A DNA stretch of 64,000 bases, taken from contig RHPI01001737.1 in the NCBI GenBank assembly GCA_009103225.1, positions 376,223-440,222 on the forward strand, given 5' to 3'. Source of the DNA: Chlorokybus atmophyticus. Taxonomy: Eukaryota; Plantae; Mesostigma and Chlorokybus algae. Below the pieces are notes generated by a model. It was not told the origin of the DNA. It saw only the letters and a program-made list of their open reading frames with translations, and searched no databases. Shown in pieces: positions 60,559 through 64,000 of this stretch (its first letter is position 1; every line of letters begins with the position of its first letter). The position numbers and the translations under genes are program-made.

Positions 60559-63500
60559 TGTCGGGTCGAGGAGAGTCGAGGGTCACACCGTCTCAGGTTG
60601 CTGCAGGGAAAGACATGCTTGCTAGCCCTGCTGCTGCAACATGTTATAACATGTAGCGAAAGTAACAGATAACCCAGCTCGTATGGCGGGGAGTGCTTGG
60701 TGAAGCTGCGTTGCTGTCGCTGAGTCACACGAACATGTGGAGGCGGTGTCCTCCTTAATGTACATGCTGTGCTGTAGGACACACAATCAACAAGCCACCC
60801 CCCCTGAGCTTCTTGGGAGGTTCCAGCTCTGGAGCTCAGCTGTTAACGCAGGCAAGGAGGACCGTTGGTGCGGCAATGGTTGCACCAATACTCCTCCATG
60901 GGTATTGCGTCCAATGGGGGCTCCAGACAGTAGCAATGCACGCCCTTGTTGCAACCATCGCCGAGCATCATGAGTGCGTCGTCGCCGGTACTGCCGCAGC
61001 GTTCACAACGTGTGCTGCGGGCGGGGCGAGGGTGCTGGATGCGCGCGAGGCCTGCTATGCAAGAAAGGTGACATGGCGCACAGTTCACCATGTTGTCTTT
61101 CAATCTCTCGCCGTTCTGACCAAGAAGGTCCAGCACTCCTGTGGGGTACACCTTGAGTACCTTGTAAACGGTGCGGCCCATGGAGGTGTCGAGCGTGTCC
61201 TTGATGGCTGCCATGCGGTAGGCAAAGTCCCCTGCTTGAAACCGCCATTGGCGCTCCTTGTGGAAGCCGCTCCGCACGCGCTCGTAGCGTAGGGTGTCGC
61301 AGTGCTGTGCAATGTGCAGGTTGTTGAAGGCCATTGGGACGGTGTGCTCGAGCAGCGTTGCGCGTGTGGTAATGTCGTGGTGCATCCAGTCGGGATCGTC
61401 AAGGTTGTTCACTACACGGTCTACTTTTTACTGTGCACGAAAGGGAAGCAATGGCGGACGCCTGAACAGCAGGTAGTATGGGCTGTACTCGCGCAGAGTC
61501 GCCTGCTTGAACAGTCGGGATCCAAGAGCCACCCACGAAAGGTGGTCGTCCAAGGTGTTCTTCTCATACTCCAACACGTACTTGCGGAGTGCCTTTTTGA
61601 TAGTCTGTATTGTCCGCTCGGCGAGACCGTCGGCTTGAGGGTGGTCACGCGAAGTACGGCGATGATCGATGTATTATCTGTCCAGCAGGGTGTCGAATTT
61701 CCCTCTAAATTCAGTGCCCTAGTCGGTAATGACCTCAGCGCAGCTGCCGAACCGGCTGAGGACATGGGAGAGGAAGGCTTGAGACATCCCCCTGCTGCTC
61801 TTGTAGGGTAATGGCACCAGCTCCACCCATGTGAAGAAGTGCTCGATCATGACCAGGATGTAGCGGTTGCCCCGTGCTGAGGTGCCAAGTCTCCCAAGAT
61901 CAAGTCCCCAAGGATAGAACAGCTCAGAGATGGAGAGAGGGTGCAAGGTGGCACTGCATGTGTTGAGGCTGGCGCGTACCATGTCACACTGCTGGCAGCA
62001 TCTGCCAAACCCCTGCACCTGTTTAAACCGCCCATACCACCAATATTGCGCCCTTACCAGGCTGACGGCACGCTTGACACCGAGGTGTTTAAGCTCAGCG
62101 TGGAGGGCAGCGATAATGCCCTCGCGTGTGGCTGGTGTTGGCACCTCCTTGTCCTCATCCTGGACGCGGCGGTACACCTTGTCATCCGCCCACCGACAGT
62201 GGCGGGTGCATTGACGGACACGATCTTTCTCTCGTGCACTCATGTTGGAGGGAAGCTGGCCACTTTGAAGGAATGAGAGTGATGGCTTGTCCAGCCGTAT
62301 GTCCTGCCTGGTGTTGGTGGGTGCCAGCTCGTTGTCGTTGACTTCAATGTCGACCGCGTGGACGTCCCCTAGGGGTGTGGTCACTGTGGGGTCGGTAGAC
62401 TCAAAGGCAGGAATCTCCTCTGACGTTGAGGTGGTTTTAATCTGGCGCCCTGATCGTAACGCGGTAACAGCAAACATGGCCGCCATAGTGAGAGCTGCTG
62501 CTGCGGGGCCGAGCTCGTGCCGAGCTCCGGTTGCATCGTTGGTACTGCGGTGAGGGTTGCGACTGAGGCCATCAGCGTCCTGGTGGATGAGGCCGGCGCG
62601 GTGGTCGATCTCAAAGTCATACTCTTGCAGCAACAGGGCCCAGCGAGCAAGTTTCCCTGTCAGATGTTGGTTGGTCATCAACCACTTGAGTGTGATCAAT
62701 GATCAGTGATTAGCTGAAATTGTCGACTAAAGAGGAAAGGTCTGAAGAAGGAGATAGCCCATACTGCAGCGAGGCACTCCCCCCCGTAGCTGCTGTAGTT
62801 GCTTCGGCTGGCGTACGACAGCACCCGCTTCTTCTTGTTCTCATCGTGCTATATATGCCAGCACAGCCCCCATCCCAAGCTTGCTCCAGTTGGTGTGGAG
62901 GAAAAAGTTTTGTTGTAGTCAGGCTGTTGCAGGATGGGAGCGGTGGTGAGCCTGCTGTTGTGGCTCCTTCCACGCAAACTCCACCTCCTTCTTCAGAAGC
63001 TCGTTGAGGGGTTGCGCGACTTTTGCGAAGTTCTTCACGAACCGGCAAGGCCCAGAAAGGCACGCAGACGCCTAAGGTCTGTGGGAGCAGGGATAGCCGC
63101 CAAAGCCTCCACTTTTGCCTGCTGTACGTACACACCGTGAGGCACAATCATGTGCCCTAGGTAGGGTACCTTGCGAGTGAAGAATGTGCACTTATCGGGG
63201 TGCACTGTCATCCCCACCCCCTTAAGTCTTTCCAGCACTTCCTCAATGTGCAGGTGCTCGTCGTTATTGCGATTAAAGATGAGATTGTCGTCAATGTAGC
63301 ATCGCGCGAAGTCCAGCCCCTTCAAGGCATCGTCCATGATGCGCTGGAACTTGGCAGGAGCGTTTTTCAGTCTGAAGGGCATGATCTTCTACTGGTACAA
63401 CTGCCGGTTGCCCCAAAAAGAGGTCTTGTGCTTGTCCTCCTCCTTAATGGCGATCTGGTTGTACTCTTGTCGCATATCCAGGATGCTAAAATTCGGTGCA

Positions 63501-64000
63501 GTCTCCTACATTATCAAAGATACCCTTTGCAGTAGGCATTGGATACCTATCTTGTTTGGTCTTGCTGTTGAGGGGGCGATAGTCGCCGCAAATGCGCCGA
63601 TCCTTCCAGTTGCCTGCTGTATCCTTCTTCAAGGGCATGACGGTCGCGGCTGCAAAGTTCGATGTGGACTCCTCAATCAGGCCTGCATATAGCAGAGCCT
63701 TGCACCTCTGCTCCACCAGGTCTTCTTCCAACTTGGAGAGTCGGTGCTGTCGTTGAAACACCGGTTCGGTGTCCACCAACTCGATGTCCATCTGGTAAAC
63801 TAAGCAAACGCCCAGTTCCTTTATGCTGAATTGGACTGACTTCTCCATTTGTTGAGGAGAGCCTTCAATAGTTCTCGCGTCTGGCCTGTAGCCAGTAGTC
63901 CAATGGCATGGGACCAAGAGGTGGCGCTGGCGACCACTGGGATGTCCTCCACAATGACTGCTGCCTGCTCGTTCATATGGGCAATTTTGAGGGCGGTGTG
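60559..64000 (-). mobile_element. Ty3/gypsy element (RT-RH-INT-PHD-PPT-3' LTR), continuing beyond the window
   Basis: 3' LTR 60559-60792 with PPT GGGGGGTGGCT. RT: AAATVMPLKKD..RICGDYRPLN, MPFRLKNAP, YIDDNLIF. RH: WALLLQEYDFEIDHRAG..DADGLSR. INT: ILVMIEHFFTWVELVPL. Confidence 0.93.
60873..61007 (-). pseudogene. PHD finger at the integrase C-terminus
   Basis: CERC..DDALMMLGDGCNKGVHCYCLEPPLDAIPMEEYWCNHC (C4HC3; third Cys mutated to Gly). Confidence 0.9.

Overview
Eukaryotic, intron-rich DNA of roughly 50% GC, most likely from an early-diverging flagellate streptophyte (charophyte) alga. That assignment is an inference from IFT70, a REF/SRPP gene, a plant-type bHLH and a DNMT-bearing Ty3/gypsy element. 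The layout has three parts. (1) 1-28.3 kb is nested, decayed LTR retrotransposons. These include a gypsy element with a C5-cytosine methyltransferase between protease and RT, a deleted chromovirus with 89-bp LTRs, and a full-length 11.3-kb chromovirus (TSD TACAA) with a Dam/N6-adenine-MTase-like ORF and a 4.2-kb insertion. (2) 29.9-52.5 kb holds five spliced host genes: a CXC/tesmin (TCX/LIN54-like) gene, a REF/SRPP lipid-droplet gene, an uncharacterised coiled-coil gene, IFT70/TTC30 and a bHLH-ACT transcription factor. (3) 56-64 kb holds an LTR, Ty1/copia remnants and a gypsy element whose integrase ends in a PHD finger. The most notable signals are retroelements carrying DNA-methylation writers and chromatin readers, a tRNA-like Pol III A/B-box across a tiny LTR, and strongly uneven divergence along one LTR pair. 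All alignments were made by eye. There are two N-gaps and several poly-C/G runs, which are probably artefacts.
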